A DNA stretch of 64,000 nt from Mobula hypostoma (taxonomy: Eukaryota): positions 85,066,001 through 85,130,000 of the forward strand of contig NC_086108.1 of the NCBI RefSeq assembly GCF_963921235.1, read 5' to 3'. Shown here piece by piece: positions 1 through 11,964 of the stretch; the first letter of the stretch is position 1, and each line of letters begins with the position of its first letter. The notes under the pieces were generated by a model. It searched no databases. It saw nothing but the letters and a program-made list of their open reading frames with translations, and was not told the DNA's origin. Position numbers and translations under genes: made by a program.

Positions 1-129
1 CATTTCTGATCTGGCTATTGTTCACGATTGCACTTAATAAAAAAAAAGTAGTGAACAGAATTGGACTGAGTGAAACAGAAAGTATAACCTTGAGATACTA
101 AAAAGCTAGAACACACACACACACACAGA

Positions 130-730
130 ACAGAGGTATGACGGAACAGGGGAACCTTGGAACGTTTGTCAACAAAAAGTCAGAAGTATAGGTACAAAAA
201 TGCTTTTAAGTATAAAGAGGTTTTTAAAAAAATGCTTTCTTAGTTAAGGCACAAAAGTAAAAGTCTCGAGGGTTTGCTAAAACTATACATGACTCCAACT
301 GAGTTCTATGTATAGTTCAGGCAGCCAAATCACAGGAAAGATGTGAATATACTGATGCTGTCAGGACTAGAAAATTTTGGCTGTAAGGGAAGATTGGATA
401 AACTGGGATTGTTTACTTTGGAAAGGAGGTAGCAGAGGGGAGCTTTAATTTAGATGCATAAAATTACAAGCAGTCCAGATAATAAAGATTTCCTTTCATA
501 GAATGATGAAACCCAGAGAGTGCATGTACACAGTTATTGGAAGAAAAACTGCAAGGGAGCTGAGGAATACAGTTTTGACCTTCATGGCAGCAAGGGCCAG
601 GCACTCACTGAATGCTAGCCAAAAACCCTGATCAAATCTCAACGGCACTTAGATGTCTCAGCGTGTTGTGAGCTCCTGTAAGGTGGAACTACCTGAATAG
701 CTCTTTCTTTCAAACTAGCTTGAACGCAAC
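130..730 (+). mobile_element. Old, degenerate CR1 LINE 3' fragment (RT C-terminus and 3'UTR)
   Basis: Decayed motifs collinear with younger CR1 copies in the window (GAACAGGGGAACCTTGG ~EQRDLG; CACAGGAAAGATGTG ~HRKDV; GGATTGTTTACTTTGGAAAGGAGG ~GLFTLERR). No open frame. Confidence 0.7.
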
Positions 731-1231
731 CTAAATAAGGTTGAAAGGAAAATATTGTTCAGCATTTAAGTCAACATTTTGATAACTCCTCCAAAACATG
801 TTCCAACTTTCATCATTTACAATATTTAAAACAATTTAAGTTAATCCTGATCCATGACCACACCAGATAGGTTCACTATTTTCTCCAAAACCCACTGCTT
901 CTGCTAACAGAATATAAGTTACTGTGATCCAACTGCTTACAGGCTACATGACATCACGCAGTATTAAATTCCAAGTGACATGGTTAAACTTAACATATAT
1001 GGATATGATTAAATGAAAAGTAACTTTTTTTAACACTGCTGAGCATTTCAAAATGACATTTTATTGCTTTAAAAAACAAACTTTAATTGATTTCTCAAAA
1101 TTCCCAATTCAGACAGAAAAGACATTATGTGCATGTCCACTTACTTAGCCTTTTTCCAACTGTTCATGAACAAAAACAAATCCTTCAAGCAAGTGCAATA
1201 AATAAGCAAATGAGGGCATATATAACAAGAA

Positions 1232-2320
1232 CTAGACAATGGGGTGACCCGTTGGGGCACCCTTTGAGAGAAGGGTAGTGCAGTCTGATGTGACCAGAAT
1301 GAACACTAAATTTTCCTGAATGCTATCGGTATCGCTTTGCTTTGGAAACTGAAGTATAAAACCTCAGTTTATTAAAGAAGAACGACACATAGCAAAGCAA
1401 TATAGCTGCTCCTCATTTAACGAATGACACTTTTGATGGCATCATTTCTGGTTTATCTGCCACCCTTGTGCCTCTCGTTGTCAATCTGGAGACATGCAGC
1501 CCTTTCATCCCCCCGTCTCGTCATCACTTCTGCTGTTTATTGTTTGTCTCTGATCCTGGAGACATGCATACCTCTCCTCCTCTGTCTCACCTTCTCTCAT
1601 CTTTTTTTGTCCTGACTCCTTGATCCTGGAGTTATGCAGCCCTGGCCTCATCCGATTCTTGTTCTCTCCCTCTCCTTGCCGCTTCCCAACAACGTTTGGC
1701 GTTATCTCTTGACCATAATGTCCCCCTTCCCTTTCCACGCGGCATAATTAGGCCGACCATTATTTTTTACCCTAATGCTGGATAGAAGATACGAAGCAGT
1801 AACACCAAAGGATGCTGATTATTCTTGATGATGTGGTTGGTGCTCTTCTAAATGGACGTGATATAGTCACCGCTGTCTTTTGACTGCAGCAAAGGGTTTT
1901 ATGGGTGTCTCGAAGTATGTCATTATAAGATTTAATTATCTTTTATTGATGGGTGGCAGTTAGATCTGTCCCAAGCCTGTACATGCTGATGGTGGTGATG
2001 AGCAGAATGTGACCCCACGAAATAGAGCTGCCCTGCCCTTTTGCTCCGGTAGGTATCGCTGCTGAGACGGGCCGTGTGCATGTGTCGGGCTGTCGCGTCC
2101 CGATTTCCATGATGGCCAATCGGGTCTTGTGTTAAAAGGGAGCCTGTTTATTTTGGCGAATGAGCAATTTTATATGAATATATAACCCTGAACTTTGCCT
2201 GCATTCTGTAAGCTAGCACACTTTAATTCAATTTAGCCAAAAAAAAAGCGCCGCTGTAACGCACCGTTTGCATTGGAGGTCACAAACAGACAGAGCATGA
2301 GAGTTTTAGTAGTATATAGA
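1232..2320 (-). mobile_element. Non-autonomous Helitron (1089 bp), internally deleted
   Basis: The minus strand begins A|TCTATATACTACTAAAA at 2320. It ends with a GC hairpin GGGTGCCCC-AAC-GGGTCACCC (1242-1262) a few nt before CTAG|T (1232-1235). Inserted in an AT dinucleotide with no TSD. CpG-rich relative to the flanks. Confidence 0.88.
1470..1738 (-). pseudogene. Remnant of Helitron Rep/helicase N-terminal charged (STPR-like) repeats
   Basis: ORF 1505-1738 reads ETEEERYACLQDQRQ...DDET. Three degenerate nucleotide repeats share CTGGAG(A/T)(C/T)ATGCA at about 1486, 1556 and 1626. Confidence 0.5.
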
Positions 2321-3399
2321 TGTACATGACAAAAATATACGATAATTGCTTCATTTGTGAACTTGTGTTCTAGAAACAATATAAGAGAATAATATCCGAT
2401 GTTTCTTGCAAGTCCACCAGTTCGCAATAATTTGTTTGGACAAAGCTGCACAAAAGGTGAACTTAAAAGCCTACCCCAAATATTTAATCAAAATTATCTT
2501 CATTTTTCCCCCCAAAGGCCACAAACCATTCAAAACTGATGAATTATTGTAAAATCTAAGGCAATTATTGGCTATGGTCCTTGCTGACAGGCAAATGTTT
2601 GTCAGTCTTTATGTATAATTTTTCTTAAATTTTATTGTATTTCTATTTTCTAGTAAATGCCTGCAAGATAATAAATCTCAAGTATATATGGCAACATACA
2701 TGTACTTGGATAATAAACTTACTTTGACTTTGCGTGGCTGCTTGTAGGTTTAGAATTTGTCTTTTATGCACTTCAAAATGTCCTAATCCAAAAAAGCAAA
2801 AATCACTTTTTTTTCCCCCAGTGTGGTCACCATTACACAAGCTAATGTACAAGTATCATTTATCTATTTGCACAGAACAAATAAGCCTATAAATCATATC
2901 TGTATAGAATTATTTTAATATACACATTGAAAAACAGTTCTCCAAGCCTGTTGATTTCTTTTGGACTGCACAGCCCTCACAAGTGCATATTCCTATAAAC
3001 ATACTTCAAAACAAAACTCACATTCCTATACATAAATTTACAAGATTCCATTGATTAAAGAAAATGTGATTTGTGACAGACAGCAGGCGCTTCTGTGTAA
3101 CCTAATAATTTCTAAGCAAACCAGTGATTTGGCATGGACATTCCTTTGCAAGTGCTGAAGAGTTGAGGGATCAACTTAAACTCTGTGTAGTATTATGCAT
3201 ATTTCTATTTATCAAAATGACCTGTGGAAATACAATTACTGGCTTTTCAGCAGAACTTTTGGTTACATTGGTAATAACTTTCAGCAAAATACTAACCCTC
3301 CCCCCACCACCTCAAATCAAGGCATAATGCACAAAATACAGATTTTTTAAAAAATGACAGTTCTTATTAATCTAATGAAAACTAGTTTCTCCTAACCCA

Positions 3400-3615
3400 T
3401 ACAGAATGCTGGATCAACTCAGCACGTTAGGCAGCATCAATGGAAAGGAATAAATAGTCGACATGTCAAGCCTTCATAAGTCCCAATGAAAAGTCTCGGA
3501 CCAAAACGTCAACTGTTTATTTCTTTCCATAGATGCTGCCTGACCTGCTGAGTTCCTCCAGCATTTTGTATGGGTTGCTCAAAATTTCCACTATCTGCTA
3601 AACCTCTTGTGTTCT
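3400..3615. mobile_element. Penelope-like terminal-repeat fragment in inverted (palindromic) arrangement
   Basis: Left arm AATGCTGGATCAACTCAGCACGTTAGGCAGCATCAATGGAAAG pairs with right arm CTTTCCATAGATGCTGCCTGACCTGCTGAGTTCCTCCAGCATT. The same family adjoins a GIY-YIG remnant at 41240-42600. Confidence 0.75.
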
Positions 3616-4860
3616 CCCAATCCAATTCTTCCTGAAATTATACATTTTAAAGACCTAATGTTTAAAATTCATTTTCTATTCTCTGATATGTGATCTTCTA
3701 CAATCTCAAATACAGTTCAAACACATCAGGATGCTTTCTTTTTCCTGTAAAACTGATCATGATGGAACTTCAGGATCAATGCAGAGTGTGAAATGTGGCT
3801 GATATCAGCAATCTGTTGCTCAACAGAGAGAATGACCAAACTCCATACTCAAGGGGTTGCTTTTCTCTACTTTTCCTTTAAGTCACAGGAAAAGCTAAGA
3901 ACATGTGAGCATTTAGCTACATTCCAGCCATTTTTCAAAAGCTAGTATTCATAGAATGCACTCTACAGCTTATCTATAGAAATTTGCCCAGCATCTTCAT
4001 AGCAAAGGTTCCTAGCCCTGGAGTATTCTAATCACTCTCTTGCATAGTATAATATACCTCCTTCAAGCAATGTGCTCCACCAATTTATTTAGAACCTTCC
4101 AAACTCCTTGGAAGCACTCTCCATTTTCCTTCCATAACTGATATATCCTTTTATTAAGTCAACACTCCCAGATGGCTGGAAGAGTGCTGCTTCATTGTGA
4201 TATGCCCCTTTAAGAGCTGTCAGAGAGCACAGCTGTTCGGCAAAATGCAAATAAATACAAAAATGGTAGATCAAGAGCAGCACTGCAATGAAACTGACAG
4301 AGCAGGATGTTGAAAGGGAAAACCAGCAATGTTGTTCAGTAAAACTTATTACTGAAGATCCTGCTTTTTAAAGAACTTCCAAAAACAGCATTTGGATCAG
4401 CATCAAATGCTGATTTGATACCATAAAAAGGTAGTAAAACAATTTCTGGGTTATTGCTTACTTTGGGTGTGTGCTCTGTGACCACAGAACCAATAATCTG
4501 AATGTCACTATCAGATTGCACATGCAACAAACAGCTGAGAGAGTAGACTAACATCTCACTTAAATACAGTTTATCTGCATACCAATGTTGCTAATAAATA
4601 CTTTAAATATCAGAACTTACCGGTCAAAAATCTATGCCATTTTAAGACATAAAAGATTTGGGCATACAAATAAAAAATTTAAAAATAACAATTAAAATGT
4701 CAAGACATCAGGATTCCTGCAACTGATATCTGCTCGCTCTCAGAACATTCTTTTCAATGCCCTTTGATACCATGGCTTTCATTGACTGACATTAGATTCT
4801 GTGAAACAATACTTATAAAATATATTTATAAGTAATGTTCGAAAGCAATGTTTGTCTTAC

Positions 4861-4883
4861 CTGCTCCAGCTGTTGATAAATAT
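4861..4883 (-). other. Candidate micro-exon (23 nt, or 9 nt at 4861-4869) of the minus-strand gene
   Basis: Minus strand: CCTGTTTTGTTTTCCTTGTCGTAAAG|ATATTTATCAACAG|CTGGAGCAG|GTAAGA. Pyrimidine tract, two possible AG acceptors, strong donor. Motif evidence only. Confidence 0.3.
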
Positions 4884-6527
4884 CTTTACGACAAGGAAAA
4901 CAAAACAGGTGTTCTACATTTGCACTACTGAACTTTTTAATGAAGGCTTTGCAATTTCATAGAGACAAAGACATTTTTAAATAGGGCCAGAACTACAAGT
5001 TTATAGCACCAGTGGTGGTTTCTGGAGACGTCTATGGACCATGATATAAAGGAGATAAGGTAGGAGCTGGAAGCAATCCAAATGAATGTTAATGGAAATG
5101 GAGCCTACTGTGTTCATTTTGCTCTGTTATACTCATGATAATGAATATTGCAACCATATGGGATTGAAAAGCTACTGAAATAGGACTATAGAAAATTTCA
5201 AGGGAATATTGATCAAGATTGGAATGGGCAAAACAATAAAGAAAATGGCAAGACACCACATGATTAGAGAAGAATTTTAGAATGCAGGAAATACAAACTA
5301 AAAACAAATAGTTTGGACAGAAATATCATAATAAATAGGCCCTTGAACCTGTTCTTCCATTCAATAATATCATGGCTGTACTGATCTTGCCTCCCTGCTT
5401 GTCTTAACCATCGATAACCAATACAGTAGTCCAAAACATCTATTTCAAATGAATATATGAAGTCTCCACAGCTCTCATGAGTGTAGAATTCCAAAGAAAC
5501 AAAGTTTTACAAAAAAAAATCCTCATCTATGCCGTAAATAAGCAGGTCCTTATTCTTGATATTTTTTATATCACTACAAATGTCTCTGAAGTTTATACAG
5601 TAATTACTAAAATCACAAATAATCCTTGAATTAATGGTGCATGTCAAACAGTATACACCAGGCATTTTTGTCATCCTTTATTCAAGTTAGCTTTGCTCTC
5701 CAAGCAGCTATGAATGAAAGTTCAAAACTACAGGGCACGATCAATCATTCCTCTGAAGTTCAAGTTACTGGTAACTTTATTCACCAAAGAGAGAATAGGT
5801 AAATTTGTGGACATGTCAGGAGATAATAGGATGAATTAGAAGTCAAATTAGGTATAGAAACAGAAATTAAAGTAAGGAAGTCTGAAATGTAAGAAATTAC
5901 CCCAAGTTTTAAAAAAAATCAACAATTTCAACTCCAACAATTTCCATTCCGGGCCGGAGTTTTGGCATCTAAATGGGTAACAAGTAAAGTTCTTTGGAAA
6001 TCATGACATTTGATCTGATAACGCTTCATACAAATTGAAAAAGGAATCTAGTAAAGGGGGCAGATGGTCTGCAGCATCTCAAGCATTACAACTTTCCCTC
6101 ACCTTCAATCAAGAGTATGTTCTTGATCTCTGGAATGAATCCACAAACTTCAGGTTTAGACCCGAGAATAGTACTTTGTAACAGGACTGGGAAACAAGGG
6201 ATTGGAAAGAAAAGGCTACAGGGATTGTTCTCCACAATGAGGAAAGATAATAGACTTGAGAACGAAACAAGAAAATGTGGGTGGGGTGTGCAGAAAGTGG
6301 TTATTGTTCAAAGTTCAAAGTAGCACGTTTGTTATCTATAAAGATAATGAATCCACATGTAACAGAATCTTAAGATGTAAAGGAGCAGAACTTATGTGGG
6401 CTTTAAGTTGGACAAGGAAGCAAGATATGTAAGAAATATTTCACACTGTTGATATTTAGCACTTTCTATATCCAATTATTAAACAGCCACATTCAAACAT
6501 TCCCTTTTCATTCAATAATTAGTCATA

Positions 6528-7084
6528 GTGATGCTTTATTGATTCCGGGGGAAATTGGTTTTCGTTACAGTTGCACCATAAATAGTAATAAAACCATAAA
6601 TAGTTAAATAGTAATATGTAAATTATGCCAGTAAATTATGAAATAAGTCCAGGACCAGCCTATTGGCTCAGGATGTCCGACCCTCCAAGGGAGGAGTTGT
6701 AAAGTTTGATGGCCACAGGCAAGAATGACTTCCTATGACGCTCAGTGCTGCATCTCAGTGGAATGAGTCTCTGGCTGAATGTACTCCTGTGCCCACCCAG
6801 TACATTATGTAGTGGATGGGAGACATTGACCAAGATGGCATGCAACTTAGACAGCATCCTCTTTTCAGACACCACCATCAGAGCGTCCAGATCCATCCCC
6901 ACAACATCACTGGCCTTACGAATGAGTTTGTTGATTCTGTTGGTGTCTGCTACCCTCAGCCTGCTGCCCCAGCACACAACAGCAACCATAAATAGCACTG
7001 GCCACCACAGACTCGTAGAACATCCTCAGCATCGTCCGGCAGATGTTAAAGGACCTCAGTCTCCTCAGGAAATAGAGGCGGCTC
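6528..7084 (-). mobile_element. Rex1/Babar-type LINE, 5'-truncated 3' end
   Basis: ORF 6660-6998 (AVVCWG...RINKLIRKAS...SHPLH...TERHRKSFLPVAIKLYN) is typical of the Rex1/Babar RT C-terminus. 9-bp direct repeat TTAGTCATA at 6519-6527 and 7085-7093. Confidence 0.85.
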
Positions 7085-7469
7085 TTAGTCATATCAGTAC
7101 AAATTCTATCTGCTGGTTACACATGTGCTTGAGTGATTGATGTAACAAATACGATTGTTCAGATGTTTCTAATAAAGATTGGAAAAATTAAGGAAAGGAA
7201 AAACAGAGAGCAAGAAAGGCAAGGAAATCTAGATTCAGAACAGTCATGAATATATACAAAATCAGTGATGTTGCAAACCCAAGTTTAACTTTACAACGTA
7301 CATTACTTGTGAAAAGCTGAATATGACTTCTTTTTCCAATATAAAATTTATGAACTGCCTTTCCCAACGTAATTTGATCTGTTTACAAAGATAATAGCAG
7401 TCAGGCTTTTTAAACAGTACATGAATAGGTAATCTCCCTTATGTTAGAAGTCATGTAAAAACTTCAATA

Positions 7470-7710
7470 AACATCTATAGATGCACAGTGAAGAACATAA
7501 TGACTGGTTGCATCACAGCCTGGTATGAAACACCAGCGTTTTTGAACAGAAAAACCTACAATTGTGGGTACAGCCCAGTCCATCACAGTCCCTTCCCACC
7601 ACTGAGTACATCTACAAGGAGTGCTCGTACAGTTCTCACTGATTTGATGCAAAATGGTGCATTTCATTGTATGGTTCGGTGTAAATGTGACAAAGCTAAT
7701 CTTTAAATTT
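7470..7710 (+). mobile_element. Degenerate Rex1/Babar-type fragment
   Basis: Reads TGCITAWY (ORF 7488) followed by GCCCAGTCCATCAC, as in other copies in the window. Confidence 0.65.
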
Positions 7711-7717
7711 AGGAGTA

Positions 7718-8234
7718 CAGGTTTCCCCCACTATCCAAAAGTAGAGCGTTCCTATGAAACCTTTCGTAAGCCAAAATGGCGTAAAGCAAAGAAGCAATTA
7801 CCATTAATTTATATGGGAAAAATTTTGAGCGTTCCCAGACCCCCAAAAAAAAACCTACCAAATAGCACATAAAACCTAAAATAACACTAACATATAGTAA
7901 AAGCAGGAATGATATGATAAATACACAGCCTATATAAAGTAGAAATAATGTATGTAGTGTAGATTCACTTATCAGAATCGGGAAGATTTAGCCAAAACCG
8001 ATTTGTAGGAAAAAAATCGGCACGTACACACATGCGCACACACCTGCCCCCGCAAGGCTTCACGGTCACGGTAGTCTTTCTCAGGGTAAACACAAGTTTA
8101 AAGCGGGCACCTTTTTTCATAAAAGCAAAAATCCTCTTCGGATTTCTTTCAGTTAGCGAAAACAGGTACTAATGTAGGTCTTTCGTAAAAGTGAATTGGT
8201 GTAAAGTGAACTTTCGTAACGTAAGGAACACCTG
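7718..8234. mobile_element. Tc1/mariner-pogo (Tigger-like) non-autonomous DNA transposon
   Basis: TA|CAGGTTTCCCC ... GGAACACCTG|TA, with imperfect TIRs and TA duplication (7716-17, 8235-36). Repeated subterminal TTTCGTAA motifs. Confidence 0.75.
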
Positions 8235-11004
8235 TAACAACTTCCCAAACCAATATATGTGCCGTCACAAAAATTGAGCCGTACTGGCTAAGCTGCTCTC
8301 CTGTTCATACATCTTGCTAGTTCAGTATCTTGACAAACATTTCAGCATCCACATGCATGCTTTGCAGAACTTAAGACATACTAAATAAACCTACCAAAAA
8401 AAATTAAAGCTTTGCTATTTAAATGTAAGTGAAGGTTTTAAAAGGCTTGCTAAGTTTCACTTACATACTGCAAGGCACTGAAATTTTTCTTTTAAAAGTG
8501 GTCTTCTCCATCTGATTTTCACAGCTGGAATTTTAACTTTAACTTTCTGTCTCACATCTGTGCCTTAATCCTAATTTTCCCTTTGCATACATAACTGCAT
8601 GCACTATTTACTACTGAATTAAATATTGTAATTCATATTTCACAGCTTTAACTGTGTAACTTTAAGGATTCCATTTATTTAAGAAATTATACCTCAGCTT
8701 GCCTTTCCAAAAAAAATCTCGATAATCTGTAGAGGGCGCCATGCCTTTTTTTTTACTGATCTTATTAAGGAGATGTTATGAATATGTCAAACTGATCATT
8801 TTCACGAAGAATTTGGGTGGTCCTAAGTCAAGGCATGCATGCATCTGGTCCAGGTGTATTTTCACATACATTAGTGTAATTTGTCAGAGTTGGTGGGCTC
8901 AATTTCAAATGAGATCACTTGTTAAAAATTATATTCATTACATAATTTTTTAATTACTAATTTTATAATTACACAGCTGTTCATGAAAATGAGGGGATGG
9001 GGAAGAGATGTGAAGAGGAGGAAAGACAAAAAGGCAAATGAAAATCATAGTGTTACAGACCATGAATAACCTTAATGAGTAAAGAGAATCATTAAAAATG
9101 AACTTCCCAGTATAATTTTGAAATTATACTGAATGAATTGGATCAAGTAGTATGCCATTCAAAACTACTAAAAATAGAGACTTTTTCCAGTTTTCCCTAT
9201 GGCCAACAGACTTGGACACTTGCCTCCTCTTGGGTGTCTAAAATCTCAGTTAAACATGATTCTTACAAGATCAGAAAAGAGGATCAATATTAACTTAGTC
9301 AGGTTTTTGGGTGTATTATATGTTCAAGTATACACTACCAAAAACTTTTACTTAAATAATTCAATCACCACATAATAGGTTTAAGTGCAATAACACTCTC
9401 AAGACACTACATGCCCTCAAACACATCATCTGGGTCCAAGCAAAGGTGCAGTTTTTGTCTTTATGTCTTTCTTTCAACAATTGCAAGATACTACTAATTA
9501 TTAAGAACATGAAGTACTGCAGGTCTATCCCACTAGCAGTGGTGCAGGAATTGTTATGCAGCGTGTTGCAGCCTCTTTCAGCTACCTAGGGAAGGCAATG
9601 TCACAGGTGGTGCATGACTTCATATGGCTGTATCCATGGGTATTCCCATATGGTTGAACTGACAATTGAACTTGAACTTAAAAAGGACAGGAACAGGACA
9701 ATCTACGAATGAAATTAGGAATGATCCTTTTACACAAATGATAGCAAAATTCTTTCACTCTCGTGAAAGGCTATGGGATCAATTAAGGTTGATGATTTTA
9801 TGTTGGAGGTAAACATCTATTATAAATCCAAATTAATATCAAAATAGACTGAGTAGCAAGTGTTCCGTATCCCAGGAGCATGGTGGAAGACAGGTATCAA
9901 CAATGCCAATAGCAACCTACTTATACCAATTGCATTCCCATTCTAAGCATCAATATGGCCTCCCAGATCATACAGACATTGGTAATCTAACCAACATTAC
10001 TCCAGCATCTGGAGAAGACCTCCAGTTATTAAACTCAAAGTGGTGACTAAAAGCTTAGTAGAAAGACTAAAGTGTCGGTCCTTGAGCTTGCATCAAATTT
10101 CATCATATTGTGTCAAAGGACAAGAACAGAAATGTCAGAGAGGGAACAGTCATAAAATTGAGTTGGCAAAAGACAAGGATATCTGAAAAGTGACTGCCCA
10201 ATTTGGGCAAGGCACTGAGTACTACCAACGTACTGGGTTTGAAGGAGTATAACAAACTCACTGGTTTGCACAAGACTTCTCTTGGCAATATGCTTCCACA
10301 GTGACTTGGTTTCATGCCTTTAGAATAAAAAAAAGTTAGGGATGGAGGAGAAGTAAATACAGGTTCGTAATCTGCCATGCGTGCATGTTTTATTCTAGAA
10401 CAGTCAAGGTAATATTGTTGCCGTTTTATTCATGTACCCAATTTTAAGAGAACAAAAATATTTTTAATCAGAACCTAATTCATTGAAAGAGTCCAATTGC
10501 CAATTACACAGAAATTTCAATTCACAAAGTTTAGAAAACAAACCAATGAGTCATCCTTACATCAATGTGATAAAAGCAAAGCACATGAAAACTATAAATG
10601 GCATTCTCCAGAAATAATTTATTTGTTTCAAATTAAAAATTGAGCAATTATTAAAAGCACAATGCTGCAAGAATAATGAAGACTATATTTCATTTATTTT
10701 TTTTGCATAGCTACTGACTGTTAAGAACAAGCCATTGCATGGTTACATTTGGCATACAAAGAATACAATAATAATTCAAAAATCTTCATTGCTTCCAAAA
10801 GTATTTACAAAGTCAGATTTTTTCTTGGCAATAGAAAACACCTAATTGAGTGATTTTGCATTCCTGCACAATTTAAGACTGGTTAATTCAAAACTGGAAA
10901 TCACAGTGGAGTGGAGTGATGATGGCACTAAACAGCGAATTCTTTCCTTGCATCTTCGGAAACAACTCTACTTCCATCTTTAATACCTTTATTTTTCCCT
11001 TTCA

Positions 11005-11685
11005 GGGTTCTTTTGAAGACTCTGACTAGGAGTTACACATTGATTGTGGTTCTTTGCAGGAACAGAACCCGCTCTCAGGGTTTCACAACCTGCCATTGTT
11101 GTTCAAGGACTTGCCCTAAGAGTCCGGCTCGGATTTGGAAGCCTAGGATCTTGGGGCTCTGGAGATGGGTGGATCGAGGGTCAGTGTCACAACAGGAGAC
11201 CCGTGTGTTGTCGGAGGAGTCGAAATATCTGCAGATCTGTGCCCAGATTTTTGGGTACAGAGCTTGAAAAAGCCACGTGGCGAACTTTTAACATCGTAAA
11301 CCAGCGGGTTGTTTGTTATGTCTCCCCGCTCGCTGGGAAAACAAAGACAACTCTTTCTCCCTTATTAGGGAGAGAGAGAACCTGTGGGATGTCAAATACC
11401 AGGTGAAATGCAAAGTCTTTAGGGTAACTGGAAGTCTGTCTTTGCTATTGCCTTGGTCATATCTGAGTGCTCAGTGGCGGGAGCTAATGCTTTTTTTTTG
11501 CTGGTGGAGGGAGGGGGAGCGGGAGGGGGGAGCTGGAAGGAGGGGAGAAATTTGGGATTCTAACATTTGACTGTCCTTAATTCTTTGGGGCATGCCTCTG
11601 CTTTCATGGATGGTTTCGAAGAAAAGAAGTATTTCAGGATGTATATTGTATACATTTCTCTGACATCAAGTTGTACCTATGAAAT
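11005..11685 (+). mobile_element. Unclassified GC-rich non-autonomous retroposon-like repeat
   Basis: Abrupt GC/CpG-rich block ending in a LINE-like 3' end (TTTCAGGATGTATATTGTATACATTTCTCTGACAT) similar to Rex1-type tails elsewhere in the window. Only one copy here. Confidence 0.5.
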
Positions 11686-11964
11686 CCCATAACAAATTTA
11701 AGAGAAGTCTTTACTCAAAGAGTTGCAAGAATACAAAAATCATCATCAAAAGGATTGGCTGTGATGAATTGTATGAAATTATTTACATAAAGTCTTTGCA
11801 AGTACATGAGCAAGAAAGGAATAAGATTTGGCAATGAATTTAAATATTGTGGCATCAAGTACGTGTGGGGCAAACACCAGCAAAGATCAGTTTAACCAGC
11901 ATACATGCAGCATAACTGAACAGCAGAGATACAATCAGATGGAAAGCACACCTGCACCTTTACC

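Noticed and set aside
4340..4520. IWISIKC-like peptide suggesting an ancient hAT dimerisation domain
   Set aside because: Only a short motif with stops; no TIR or TSD seen.
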